The notes under the pieces were generated by a model. The model saw nothing but the letters and a program-made list of their open reading frames with translations. It was not told the origin of the DNA and made no database searches. The position numbers and the translations under genes were made by a program. From Octopus bimaculoides (taxonomy: Eukaryota), in the NCBI RefSeq assembly GCF_001194135.2, contig NC_068990.1, forward strand, positions 66,610,283-66,674,282: a DNA stretch of 64,000 bases. The letters are read 5' to 3'. Of this stretch, positions 25,592 to 37,715 are shown one piece after another (position 1 is the first letter of the stretch; the number at the start of each line of letters is the position of its first letter).

Positions 25592-27992
25592 TATTATTAT
25601 TATTACTATTGTTATTATTTACTTTTAATCTGCATGTTTGTTACAATCACTCGCCAAGACACACCCAGCGTCCTCGGACGAGTGAAGGATGAGAGATGCT
25701 ACAGTATAACTGAAAGCTTGGAGATGGGAAGTGGCAGATGGCAGTAGTGAAGTATCTTCATGTAATACAGCACATACATTTAAATTGATATGGTTTTCTA
25801 AGTTTTTGTCTGAGACATAGTTCTCCTAGGATATTATCTAGCTGTTCCTGGCATCCCTTTCTCATCATACCTAGGACACCCACAATAACAGGATCAATTG
25901 TCGCTTTAAGATGCCACATCTTTAGTACTTCAATTTCTAGGTCCTTATGGTTACTTAATTTGTCAAATTCATTTACAGATATATTTTTATCAGTGGGAGC
26001 ACTTACATCTATTAGTCTACAAGTGTTTTCTTCTCTGTTTTAAAAATTACTATGTCTGGTCGGTTTGTCTGGAGCGTTCTGCCAATGTTTACTGGAAACT
26101 TCCAGACGATAGTGACATTTTTACATTCAACCACTGGCTCCGGATGATGTTCATACCAGTAAGCAGGTGTGCTGATTTTGTAGTATTTACATATTTTCCA
26201 ATGTAAATACTGTCCTTTCTCTTTGCTTAAATCTCTTTTCTCAAGGGATGATTTGCAACTTGTGTTTCCTAACTTGTTCAATTTCCAGACTTCTATTCTG
26301 CTCAGATCATATATCAATAAGTTAGTGTCTTCTATATTTTTAGTATCTATCCTACTGATAACAGAAGCTACTTTCCTTGTCATTTCTAGCTGCCTCCTTC
26401 CGTTGGTGCCTTTTAATGCTGACAATCTTTTTGTTATTTCTTTATTTATGACTTTCTGCAACTCATCTAAAATCTTCTGATATTCCTCACATAAATCACT
26501 TTAGTCTTTGGTGCCAGTTGTCCCTTCCTTATTGGCAGCACTATTATTATTTTTTTCCTTTAGGTTCTTCTTTGGGTTGAGGTGTATCTCTTATGTTGTT
26601 GTTTGTCTTTCCTACTGTCTGGTCTTTCTTTTTCAATTCTCTTGTGACCTCTGCTACCTCCAATTCTGTCTTCCACTTTCTTCTAATAGCATTAGCTTGA
26701 TCTACTAATTTCTGCACAGTCACTTTAAATATACCCTTCTCTACCTAAAGTATTAAAATCAGTTTTCTATAGCCCCTTCTTTTAGGTTCACTTTCTAAGT
26801 AGCACTGAATCACTATCTCTTCCTTATTCTATTATCTGCTGATGCTGTAATAGGATAACAGCTGTGGTCAGTCTGCATCTTTACTGAACCACTGCCGAGC
26901 AAGAGGCCTTCCCTTAAAGGTCCAGCTTCGTTTTCGCTGTTTCAACCAAAGCCTCTTCGGAAACATATCTCTCATAAACTGAGGTAAGGTAACGTTCGTC
27001 ACCAACGTCATTACCATTATTATCTTTCGACATCTGATAGTTTCAAGCAACTTTCTATTGCATCATTTGTTGCATCTTTGTGCTGGTGGGGTGGTGTGTG
27101 CTGCATTTGATTTTGGTGGGGTGGTGTGTGCTGCATTTGATTTTGGTGGGGTGGATATTTTATTGTATCAGTATGTTTTGTTATGGGGTTTGATTTGAGC
27201 CTTTTGTGGTATTAGTTTTTGTATTGAATGTTGTTTGTGCAGCACAGGTTGTATTCTTCTGTCGGATGTCGGCCTTATATGGCACATATTGTGGGCTTTG
27301 TTCATTTTTGGGGGTATTTACGGTATGAGTTTATTCCTGCATGTTTTTTGGAGGAGTGTTTCATGATACTGTGTGTAAATCATATGGTTGTCCGTCCCCC
27401 GTTCTTTCTCTATTGGCTGGTTCTGTTATGGGTTACACGAAACCCAATATATCCATCATGACTACTCGTCTGATAAGGGTACACCAGGCACATGCATCAC
27501 AAACATACGTGCGCGACATGGTGATTTCATATTAAGATGAAAAACCCATGACCTTGCAGGTAGAGCCCAGTCAGAATTTCCTTCGGGTCGAGTAGCCCAT
27601 CCCACTCAAAAAGTCCCTGAATAAGTTTTGTTTAAGGATGTTGAACGAAACACCAATGTTTCCAGAGGTGAATTATTCAAACCCCAAAGAATTCCTCTCA
27701 ACATATGACTATGATGTTTCCACTCTACCCCTGCTTGTGATCAGAGATGCATATGTCGTCAGCCACTAAGTTATATGCTCAACTGGTTTAAGTCAAACAA
27801 CTGAGAAGCAAATTTGTGGTACTTAGCAGAATATTTGCTGTAGCCCATCTTTTATACCAAGACAAAATATGTACATAATAAACCTTCCAATCACTTTAGA
27901 TCAGAAGCTATGAGAGCCAGTGCCTGGTATTGCATCATGGCTATNNNNNNNNNNGCTATGAGAGCCAGTGCCTGGTATTGCATCATGGCTAT
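25592..27992 (-). mobile_element. R4/Dong-clade RLE non-LTR retrotransposon, internally deleted (RT absent), both ends retained
   Basis: N-terminal motifs (CYLESEPKRRGYRK, KLVDQANAI, IEDTNLLIY, DLSRIEVWK) are fused to the RLE region (QYLHWKICK, WYEHHPEPVVE, NRPDIVI, KDLEIEV, PVIVGVLG); short 3' UTR and (TAA)n tail at 25592-25619; the 5' UTR assignment is inferred. Confidence 0.8.
27085..27154. repeat. 30-bp tandem repeat x2.3
   Basis: ggtggggtggtgtgtgctgcatttgatttt repeated; encodes PPHQNQMQHT on the minus strand. Confidence 0.95.
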
Positions 27993-28045
27993 TATCATTA
28001 TTATTTATAGTAGTAGTAGTAGTGGTGGTGGTGGTGGTAGTGGTG

Positions 28046-28099
<54 letters not shown>

Positions 28100-28118
<19 letters not shown>

Positions 28119-28315
28119 ATTGGTTGAATCATTAGAGAGTCGGATGAATTGTCTTGCATTAACTGTTCCTTCTGAGCCCAGATGTCACGGAGTTCAACAT
28201 TGCCTTTCATTCTTTCGCAGCCTGTAAAATAAGTTATCACTCAGGTACTGGGCTCAGTTGTATCGACTAACCCCGACACCTTCAATTTGATAGCCTTCTG
28301 ACAAAATTTGAAACA
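28100..28315 (+). mobile_element. SINE family A, degenerate
   Basis: ttgcctttcattctttcg..aaaataag..tactggg..atcgactaaccc..caaaatttgaaac. Confidence 0.6.
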
Positions 28316-29499
28316 AATAAACTGAAGAGCCTTCCGCCAACAACAAGAACTAAAAAAGGAGAAGCTTGCGTCACTATGGTCACTGCATTGACCGATCAAC
28401 GTGAATGCCATCGCCACCAACAGCAGTAGCAGCTGCACCACCAACAACAGTAACATTAACCTCAATAGCTGCAACAATGTCATCAAACTAGCGAAGATTT
28501 TCATCGTCGAGTAGGACAGCCAATGGTTTTGCTCCCTAAAATAACACCAGTATAAACACAAACGCAAATTACATGCATGCAGATACAAACACAAGTTAAC
28601 CTTTCTTTTTTTTTTCGTTCTCCCCCGACTTGTTTCATTCCTCTGATTAAGAAAAGGTGACACAGAATCATTGTAAGTCTTGATTGTGAAAATACAAGAA
28701 AGAAAACGGCCAACGATCAGTGACACTCAAATGAAAAACTAAAAATCAGTCATCCTCAAACGCAGTCAAAACAAGGAAATCAGTAATAAGTTAAGCGTCA
28801 GCATTAACCAGTTTTGCAACGTATGTAATAGGAAATGGCAACACTGCGCGATTCGTTTTGAAAAGGTTACCTGTGGAGAAAACTACACGGAACTTATAAA
28901 TATTTCCTGTTGAAATTCCCCATGGTGTGAAGGATTTCAGATTATAAGTGGCTTATACAAAACTGTACGAGAAGGTTCGACGTTAGGATAATCACACCAG
29001 TGTGAATTTATAGTTAGTTAATTGTTCCATTTACCACTCACCCAACATAAGCTTACTTGCAATTTATTGCAGAAATATCCATGGCAAGCCATGAAATTCA
29101 AATGTGTTAGCTACCAGTGAGAGTATGATTTCTGGAATGCACCTACTCATGCACCTTCTCAACAATAAGGAGGCTCGCTTATCTTTCGGATGGCCCGAAT
29201 CAAGAGAACTGTCAGTGTTATTTTGGAAATGTCCGGTTCATTAGTACCGGTAGACGACTGGAGAAGTATCTTTGGCTCGTTCTGCAATCGTATGAGATTA
29301 GCCAACAGGTGAAAGGTTTTAAAAGCCCCCATACTTGCTCAAACATTTTCAACCGTTTGACTAAACCCAGAGCATTCCTCAAATGTGCCGAGGTGAGTTG
29401 AACAAACTGTGTTAGCTTATGGAGTTAGTTTTTATATTAGTCAGAGGAGAAACGGTAGCGTCGGGTAACAGAAAATTTCATTGATTTATTTTCGGGAGA

Positions 29500-29700
29500 A
29501 CCGTCAGCATGCAGAACAAAATACTTTGCAACATTTCGTCCGTCTTTACGTTCTAAGTTGAAATTTTGCCGTGTCGAATGCGTTTCGTCCTTTCATGATC
29601 GATGAAATAAGTACCAGCTGAATACTGAGGTCCATGCAATCGACTTACCCCGCCCCCTAATATTGATAGTCTTGTGCGACAATTTGAAAGCGTAAGTACA
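29500..29700 (+). mobile_element. SINE family A
   Basis: atttcgtccgtctttacgttctaagttgaaatt..gatgaaataagtaccagctg..atcgacttacccc. Confidence 0.75.
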
Positions 29701-29899
29701 TTTTGAATTTTTGGTTTGATATTAATCTCATGCAAACTACATCAGCCTTTTAAATCCCAACCTTTATTCCAGAGTATGTAAATCACTGCTGAATACATAT
29801 TGGCTCTCTTTTCCCTCTCCAAATCTTTCTAATCTCTACTCTTGCAGGGTTCAGACTATGAAGAAAGGTTTATCTCACTATTTTGTCTTGAGCAGTTTT

Positions 29900-30450
29900 T
29901 CAAATTCTGCTTAGATTTCTTTATTTGCTTCTTGTAACCTTCATTTCTTATTTTATCCTTATCTAAACTTCTATTTTGTTCTTCATAGAAACTTTTCATT
30001 AATTTATATATTACCATTTCCTCATACAGAAAAAGAAAGAACTTTTTTCATGCTTTCATATTATCAGTCTTTATCTTTGCTTCATTACTTATTCCATTCT
30101 AATAGCTGTCTCCTCTTATCTATGAGCTCTATCTCTGTGAGAATGGTTGCTATATTTTATCAAATCAGCTTTACAATTGGGTATTCGGTATGCAATGTGT
30201 ATTTTTCTGATTTTCTTATCTAGGCTGTTCGGTTCACTTTGCCTTCAGTTCACCTAGTTTAATGAATTATTAGTTTAAGATAGGGATCGCTATTTACACT
30301 TACAGTCTGTCTCTAAAATTGAGTTCGTTTTCTCTATATTATTTTGATTCCTCTCTGTTAGGATTTTCTAACTTTCTCCGTCATTTCTTGTCAGTTGCAG
30401 CTTATCAATGTTATCAATTTTGAACTTCTTGTAATGATGTGTCTAGTATT
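29900..30450 (-). mobile_element. highly decayed RTE-like LINE remnant
   Basis: Purine-rich minus strand; faint ..ELIDKRRQLLEWNKVM similar to RTE KRRL.W.GHV; many stops. Confidence 0.3.
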
Positions 30451-30562
30451 TAAAAAAAAATATTTCAACGCTCAGTCTCATAAATTTTAGTATTATTGAA
30501 TGTGTTGCTCTTTGCATTAGCCTTGGCCCATTTTTCGTTCATTGTTTCAGTTTAAGAGATAA

Positions 30563-30812
30563 AGGCCTGTGAGTTAGTGGTTAGGATGCTGCATTCACGA
30601 TCGCAAGAACATGGTTTCGATTCCTGGACCGGGCAGTGGTTCGTGATCTTGAGCAAAACTCATCAATTCCCATAGCTCCAGTTAAATCAACAGTAAAATG
30701 AGTAAGCTGTGCTTAACTGGCATCGTGGTCAGGAAGAATTTTGTGATCACAGTCACTTATATGCCATAAAAAACTGAGTAATAGACTTGATGAGTCCGAA
30801 GACTCAAGACTA
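30563..30812 (+). mobile_element. SINE family C (tRNA-like head)
   Basis: A-box-like tagtggttagg and B-box-like ggtttcgattcc; core cttgagcaaaac..aaaatgagt shared with the 40445 and 40830 copies. Confidence 0.75.
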
Positions 30813-31719
30813 TTATACATGCATATCTACATCATTACAATCTGATGAAGATGGGTGTGGGTATCGATGTTTTATAGGACTGTATCGACCCTAGAAATTG
30901 TTTTATCAACCTCAAAGATATTTGTCACTTGTATATCGTCTTAAATAATTTCTAAAAAATATGCTTTATAGTTCTGGTTATTCGATTATTGTTCTGTAGA
31001 ATTAGGAGTCTCTAAAAGTCTATTTTGTGCAATACTATTCCCCTTCAAGTGATTGGTCGGTTCGTGTTTCTGTTTTCTTTATTTATGTAGTGAATGCTGT
31101 AATTATAGCCACACGTATTTAAATTAGATATTGAAGACTTTATCAAAACTGTGAGCATTATAAAATAAGTACCGGTTGGATACAGGAGACTAGCTCCCTT
31201 TCCCTAAAATTTCAGGCTTTGTGCCTACAATATAAAGAATTATAAACACTTCCGTTTCTACAATTACGTTGTACTTTTGTTTATCCCGATCAAAATGCTC
31301 CATATCTGGTTTACAATCCGATTAAACATCATTAAACATTTAATTTTTTTTTAGATATTTGGTATCGAAAAATTTAAGATCGAAGTTGTGTTTTACTCAG
31401 GCAAATATATAAACTAAGCACTCTACACTGTGTCATCAATCTTATACTCTTAATCGAGGCGTTTTCTACGGAACACAATTCTATTATCGAATTGTAGTCT
31501 TCGTGAGTGATTAAGACTTGGAAGTCCATTTTGATACCCAGGGATCACAAGTAACCTTAAGCCTGTTTTAGTCATTCCCCCATTCTGAAACTTATAAATC
31601 TCTACTGGCCATGGATCAATGTCGCGTTCAGTTTCTTTTCTTGTGAGGAACACAAATGAATAGCCAAAAGTGTGTCTAACAGTTTCCCTCTGTATTTTGA
31701 TTACGTTTTCATTTTTAAA

Positions 31720-32760
31720 AGTGCATCATAAGTGCAACACTCAAGGAGAAGATCGAGGGATACAACAGAGGAGAGTACCCCAAAGTGGAAAAGCGCAGGA
31801 AAATATACTTCCAGAAGGAGAGAAAAGGACATAAGATCAGGCCGCCAAATAAAATATATGAGATAGACGAAAGACGGAAGGGATACTGGGAGTTGGCCAC
31901 GGATTTGGGAAGTCTAGCAATTTTTCCACTTATAAAAACAACAAAAAGACCAGACTTAGTCATATGGGACACAGAACAGAGAATAGGAATCTTGCTAGAA
32001 CTGACAGTACCATGGGAAGAAAACATCGACNNNNNNNNNNNNNNNNNNNNNNNNNNNNNNNNNNNNNNNNNNNNNNNNNNNNNNNNNNNNNNNNNNNNNN
32101 NNNNNNNNNNNNNNNNNNNNNNNNNNNNNNNNNNNNNNNNNNNNNNNNNNNNNNNNNNNNNNNNNNNNNNNNNNNNNNNNNNNNNNNNNNNNNNNNNNNN
32201 NNNNNNNNNNNNNNNNNNNNNNNNNNNNNNNNNNNNNNNNNNNNNNNNNNNNNNNNNNNNNNNNNNNNNNNNNNNNNNNNNNNNNNNNNNNNNNNNNNNN
32301 NNNNNNNNNNNNNNNNNNNNNNNNNNNNNNNNNNNNNNNNNNNNNNNNNNNNNNNNNNNNNNNNNNNNNNNNNNNNNNNNNNNNNNNNNNNNNNNNNNNN
32401 NNNNNNNNNNNNNNNNNNNNNNNNNNNNNNNNNNNNNNNNNNNNNNNNNNNNNNNNNNNNNNNNNNNNNNNNNNNAGCTGGGGCTGCCTGCTGGAGCCTA
32501 GCAGCAGATATAAAAAGGGGAACTTGACACGACGATCAGTCGGACGCTGACACTCGTTGATGCTGCATCGAAGAGGCCAGGGAATAGAAGAAAGAAGACA
32601 TGCACCCAACACCAGAGCTGAAGACACCTCCGAAAGGAGGGGCCCCGCCACGTCAAAACGGTAGAGGAGTAGGGGCCGAAACCGGACGTGGTTCCTCCTG
32701 ATGATGTCTTCAGCTAACTGGATCCTATAAAGGAGCTGTTGTGGTAGCAGACCACGAAAC
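31720..32760 (+). mobile_element. HERO-like RLE non-LTR retrotransposon 3' part (spans a gap)
   Basis: WELATDL..IFP..TTKRPDLVIWD..ILLELTVPWEEN (RLE PD..E motif); GC-richer presumed 3' UTR after the gap. Confidence 0.8.
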
Positions 32761-33499
32761 ATGGTTGAAATTCCTCTATATCTTTTACTGTTTTCACTTG
32801 AGATCATTTCTCCAGATATGTCATGCAGTACTTCTAGTACTACTTGTCGTGAGCGGAATTTAGTCAGCTTCTGTCTTTTCGTAAGCAGAAACATATAATT
32901 TTAATTTTTGCCCTCTACTAAAATAGGTTCTTTGGTATAGAATAAATTAAGCAAACTCATCTCAAGACCCAAAGCCATATTTTAAACATAATTACAAATT
33001 AAATTGTCTAAACGTGATACTTAGGCTTCAAACACTTTGAGAGATCTACAGTTTATAAATGCAATGTAATCACCAATACTCCCTTACATACATGTAAATG
33101 TTAGCTTTAAAACCCTTCTAATTATGCTATAAGTATCACCCCATTTAGAAATCTTAAAATAAAGTATGAAACTTCACTACCCAAATATATGTGAAAAGTT
33201 TTAAAAAATGGCAATATTCGCTAACAAGAGACCTTGAAATTTATGTGCAAATGGGAGTATAAAAGTTAAATTTGCTAAAAGCTTCCCTGTCTTAATGAAC
33301 ACAATGGAAATATTTCTTTGCATAAACAGAGGCCTTTCAAAAACCTATTTCTGATAACGAATCTGGAATCTTAACAAATACATAACCTATTTACAATATC
33401 CTCTTATCACACTTACTCTTCTAAAATTATCTGAAATAACTTAAGATGTTTACTGGACTAATTTATGTTTATATCCACCTTTCTTCTCTGTTCATGCTG

Positions 33500-33990
33500 T
33501 ATCTTTTTCCAGTTTCTAATTTGTTTAGTACTCCTTTTTCCTATTGCAGAATCATTTCACTCTGAATCATAAGATGACACTCGCGTCTTCATAATTCTAT
33601 TTTAGGTCTACCTTTGAATTTTAGACCATTCATTTTATAAGCATCTACAGAATAACTTTGATCTCTTCTATTTGTCCCAAAATGGTCTTTTTGCCGTTAA
33701 TTTTTATCTGTTTTATTGCCCCTTACAACGATCTTATTAACTATCACTCGTTGTGATACTGTCTTGTCCAATTTTTCTCATACTAATAATGATTCACCTC
33801 TAATTCTTCATTTTCCGACTCTTCATTGAAATCTTATATGTTCTTGCTCCTCGTTTAACACTCCAGAATATCCACTGACCTACTTCTTTAACATTAACTC
33901 ACTTAAATTTCTCCTGTATCTATTTAACCACTTTAAATTTATTCTCCATCTATTCTTATATATGAAATAATTTTCCAATTTCATTAATCT
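33500..33990 (-). mobile_element. decayed RTE-like LINE 3' remnant
   Basis: Minus-strand ..KGRPK.. motif in a purine-rich context; heavily interrupted. Confidence 0.3.
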
Positions 33991-34517
33991 TAATCTTGTT
34001 AACGTTTATAGATTTATTGGCATATGAATATATTTAATACTAATTCATATATTTTGCTTCAATTTTACTATAAGCTGCTAATTAGTTTTTCAATTCTTAT
34101 TTCCATTACATATGCATATGCATAAGTAAAGAATTACTTTTCCATATTTTCTCATCTTCTTTATCTATATTTTACCGTCATATTAGTTATTTAAAGCTGC
34201 TATAATAATTTGTTTCCCCTTAAATTCTTTCCGTTGATATTTCAATTTCATAACACTCAAAATTCATCAACCAGAACTTAATTATTATATAATTTAGAAT
34301 AAATTTAAATATTAATTGCTTTAAAACATATCAAATTTGCTTCCTGTATATTTTGCAAATAATATACATAAATGGTGTGCAGTTGAGAAATTCGTTTTGA
34401 AATTCCTGTCCAGCTCCACTCCATGGTATCCTAGGCTATTCTGCTATAGACCTGGAAATAAATTGGGTAAGCAGAAATTGTTCGAAAGCCCGTTGTGTAT
34501 GTAGGTTTATATATACA

Positions 34518-34686
34518 TATAAGAGAAGGTGGTGTAAAGTTCCTGGCTTTAAGGTTATCGCGAAAAGCCTGTGAATTTCAGAGGGAATTTCAGAGGAAAA
34601 TATGTTGAATAAAATCATAGTTACCTGATGCTCCAATATTTTCCTTAACCTAGCTCCAGGAACTTTTCACCCACCCCACTACCATA
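34518..34686. mobile_element. mariner-type MITE
   Basis: Left ..ggtggtgtaaagttcctgg and right ccaggaacttttcacccacc..ta are imperfect inverted ends. Confidence 0.6.
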
Positions 34687-34743
34687 TGTATGTATGTATC
34701 GTTTGTAGAAAAACATAAATCCGTCTAAGATGTAGAGTAATTA

Positions 34744-34970
34744 ATATTATAATTGGGAAGGTTGGTTTATGGGGTTAGCCTGGATTTTTCATCCATAAGG
34801 AGTTTGGCCTTACGGTGTAGTCTCAGACCCTAAAACTGTTGGCCTAAGATCTCATCAAAATGAGGGCCATATTTTGATGAGGTCTTAGGCCAACAGGTCT
34901 GCGATCTGACGATATGCCAAACTCCTTATGGACGAAAACCCCATAAACCGGCCTTCCCCCACTATAATAT
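34744..34970. repeat. ~227-bp fold-back (near-palindromic) element
   Basis: Nested complementary blocks: gggaaggttggtttatgggg/ccccataaaccggccttccc, ttttcatccataaggagtttggc/gccaaactccttatggacgaaaa, ctgttggcctaagatctcatcaaaat/attttgatgaggtcttaggccaacag. Confidence 0.9.
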
Positions 34971-35039
34971 ATATATATAGATATCTTTTACCTGTTTCCG
35001 TCATTTGACTGCCGCTATTCTGGGGCACNNNNNNNNNNC

Positions 35040-35415
35040 TGTTATCTTTTACCTGTTTCCGTCATTTGACTGCCGCTATTCTGGGGCACCGCCTTGAAGG
35101 GTTTTATTGGAACAAATGAATCCAAGGACTTCGTTTTGAAGCCTAGTACTTATTTTATCGGACTCATAAACACACGAACATCGGTTGTCAAGCGGTGGGA
35201 GGGGACAAACACAGACACAAAGACACACACATAATAGCTAGCTAGCTAGATACATATATACAAACATGCACGCACGTACAAACACACATATACATACATA
35301 TATATACGATGGGTTTGCACCTGCTAAATCCACTCACAGGTTGTGGTCGGGCCGAGGCTATAGCGGAAGACATGTGGGTGGGAAGCAAACTGCTTACCAC
35401 ACAATCACACCTATG
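35040..35415 (-). mobile_element. SINE family B with an internal deletion in the head
   Basis: Tail 35040-35230 and head 35285-35415; the segment between gaagac and gggaagc is missing relative to 39690-39855. Confidence 0.8.
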
Positions 35416-35526
35416 TGCGTATGTATATATATTTATATATATAATATGGAAACACTGAACACAAAAAGAACACAAGTTTTAAGAAATGCTGTATTTGTAT
35501 GCAGCGTGTAAAAGGAAGGGAAACAA

Positions 35527-35563
35527 CTTTGAACGTTCTGGACGCTAGTCCTTCATCAGAAAG
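35527..35563 (-). ncRNA. degenerate minimal type I hammerhead in a short PLE-derived repeat (~35430-35640)
   Basis: CUUU-CUGAUGA-A-GGAC-uagc-GUCC-AGAACGUUC-AAAG; stems I and II perfect; GAAAC is altered to AGAAC. Confidence 0.65.
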
Positions 35564-36016
35564 AAAATATAGAAGGAAAATAAGGAGAAGCGTAAATAAC
35601 AAAATTGGGTGAAGAAAAAAGAAACTGACATGAGCTTTATGGACCATGTGGGAATGCGGTTCTTTGAGATATATACTTTTGTGATTGTGAGTGTGTGTTT
35701 ATTCGTCTTTCTGTTTATCTCTCTCTGATTGACAAAGGCTGTTGCTTTGCTCACGTCCCTGTAACATTAGCCGTTCATCTAAAATGAACAAACTGAAGTA
35801 CTAGACAGAGAAAATAAGTGCTGTGGTCGATTTCATTGACTAAACCCTGTAAGGCGCTGCACCCAGCAATGCCGCAGTCCATTGACATAGACTAATAAAA
35901 TAACAAATCCATTGACATAAACTAATAAAGAACAAATCAACACCGGTTGTGATACGGTGTAGTAGACCAATCACATACAAAGGCAGACACACAGTTACCT
36001 ACATCTATATCTAACA

Positions 36017-36080
<64 letters not shown>

Positions 36081-37224
36081 GTCTGTCTGTCTGTCTGTCT
36101 GTTTGTTCGTCTGTCCGTATACACACACACATACAAATATATACATTATCAACATTTATATTCCTTCAGTTTTATTTGCTTATTTATATCTTTCTCCTTC
36201 TCTTTCTTTTCAGTATATCTTTCATTATTTTATATTTTATAATATTACTCTTAATTTCCTTCTACTGAAGAGCTACTAATGGATAATTTCCAAGCTTTTC
36301 CACTTATCTTTTAATTCAACTTTTCCGTTCCATGATTAATTTAAACAAATCTAAAATCTTTATTATTAATATATATTATTTGATATCAATTATTATATAT
36401 TATTTGGTATTGATTATTATATACTATTTGACATTAATTCTTATAAATTGGTGTCATTATTTTCAGTGTTACTTTCTCTGCACTTCTTATAATATATATG
36501 ATAACGTTTGTCTTCTAATAATAAACATTTCATAATTTGTTTCCGATTTCACTATGTTTGCAAGATTTGTGTCTCTCATTTTTCATTCTGGATTCTTCCT
36601 TTCTCACTAACAATAATTTATATATTCCATCATTTATAATTCTCACTCCTTTCTTTTCTTTAACACCTCTTTCTTCTCTTTCTTATGTTTACTGTACTTT
36701 TCATCAGTTACTTTTACTACAGCATATTTTCTTGACTTGAGCACATCGATCTGGATTATCAAAAAATATACTTACATCTGTTTATTTGAGTTTTTTTCTC
36801 TTCTTCTTCCCAAAAAGAAAAGCTCTACTTTGTATTTTGTCCCCTCTGTGTTCAGCCCTGTGTGGCCAATAAAGGGACATATTTGAGTTGTGGAGGATAC
36901 GAAATTTGTAGAGAGTACAATTCATAATTGACACAGATAGATTCATTCCCTTTAGACCTAAGAAAATCAAACAATTAAATATGAGAAATAAAAATAAATA
37001 TAATAAGAGAAAATGAAGCAAGAATAAATTCTGAAGAATGATATACGCGAAAGCAGATCAGGAAAATGGTAAGTTCTTTATATTGTGTGAATAGGTATTA
37101 GTGCTATCTATTTGAGTGGTATTGTTTTACTTGAACGTTTCGTTCCAGTGTTGATTCCTAATATACACATACCAATTGCTGGTGGTTTTCTTATCTTTTA
37201 AATTTGACTTGATTCAGATAATGG

Positions 37225-37437
37225 ATTGTGGCCATGCTGCAGCACGGCCTTGAAGAGATTTTGTGAAACAAGTCGACACCAGTATTTATATATATTTTTT
37301 AAGTTTAAGAAATGTTTTGTCGACCTGAGATGTTACGGGGACGTAAACAAATCAACACCGGTTGTCATACTGTGCAGGAGACAAATCACATACAAAGGCA
37401 GACACACGGTTACCTACATCTATATCTATCAATCTAC

Positions 37438-37475
<38 letters not shown>

Positions 37476-37715
37476 GTCTGTCTGTCTATCTATCTGTCTG
37501 TCTGTCTATCTGTCTGTCTGTCTGTCTGTTCGTCTGTCCATATACACACACGCATACAGATATATAAATATATATGATGGACCTCCACACACCAAGTTTG
37601 AATTTGTTAGACCTAAGCTGTTATACAATACACTTGACTTTGGTGCCGCGCGTTAGTGCTGAATCCGAAACAACATGGTTGAAAAGCGAGCTTCTTAATC
37701 CCATGGACATTCCTG
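37225..37715 (-). mobile_element. SINE family B, full length, (TATC)n(TGTC)n middle
   Basis: Tail gccatgctgcagcacggccttgaag..; head ..aacatggttgaaaagcgagcttctta. Confidence 0.7.

Noticed and set aside
27907-27992. 38-bp direct repeat either side of a 10-N gap (likewise 47 bp at 34982-35028 / 35043-35089)
   Set aside because: Exact duplicates flanking placeholder gaps are typical unmerged contig overlaps, not biological repeats or target-site duplications.
29072-29392. Segment between a good acceptor (ttattgcag) and a good donor (gag|gtgagt)
   Set aside because: Stops in all three frames; no coding support.
30563-30640. tRNA-like sequences at SINE heads (also 16423, 41010-41080, 50998)
   Set aside because: A/B-box-like motifs are present but no full cloverleaf; they continue into SINE bodies, so they are not called tRNA genes.
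30785-30870. UUGAUGAGUC-cgaa-GACUC hairpin and nearby CUGAUGA
   Set aside because: No GAAA/UH; the hairpin is the 3' end of SINE family C.
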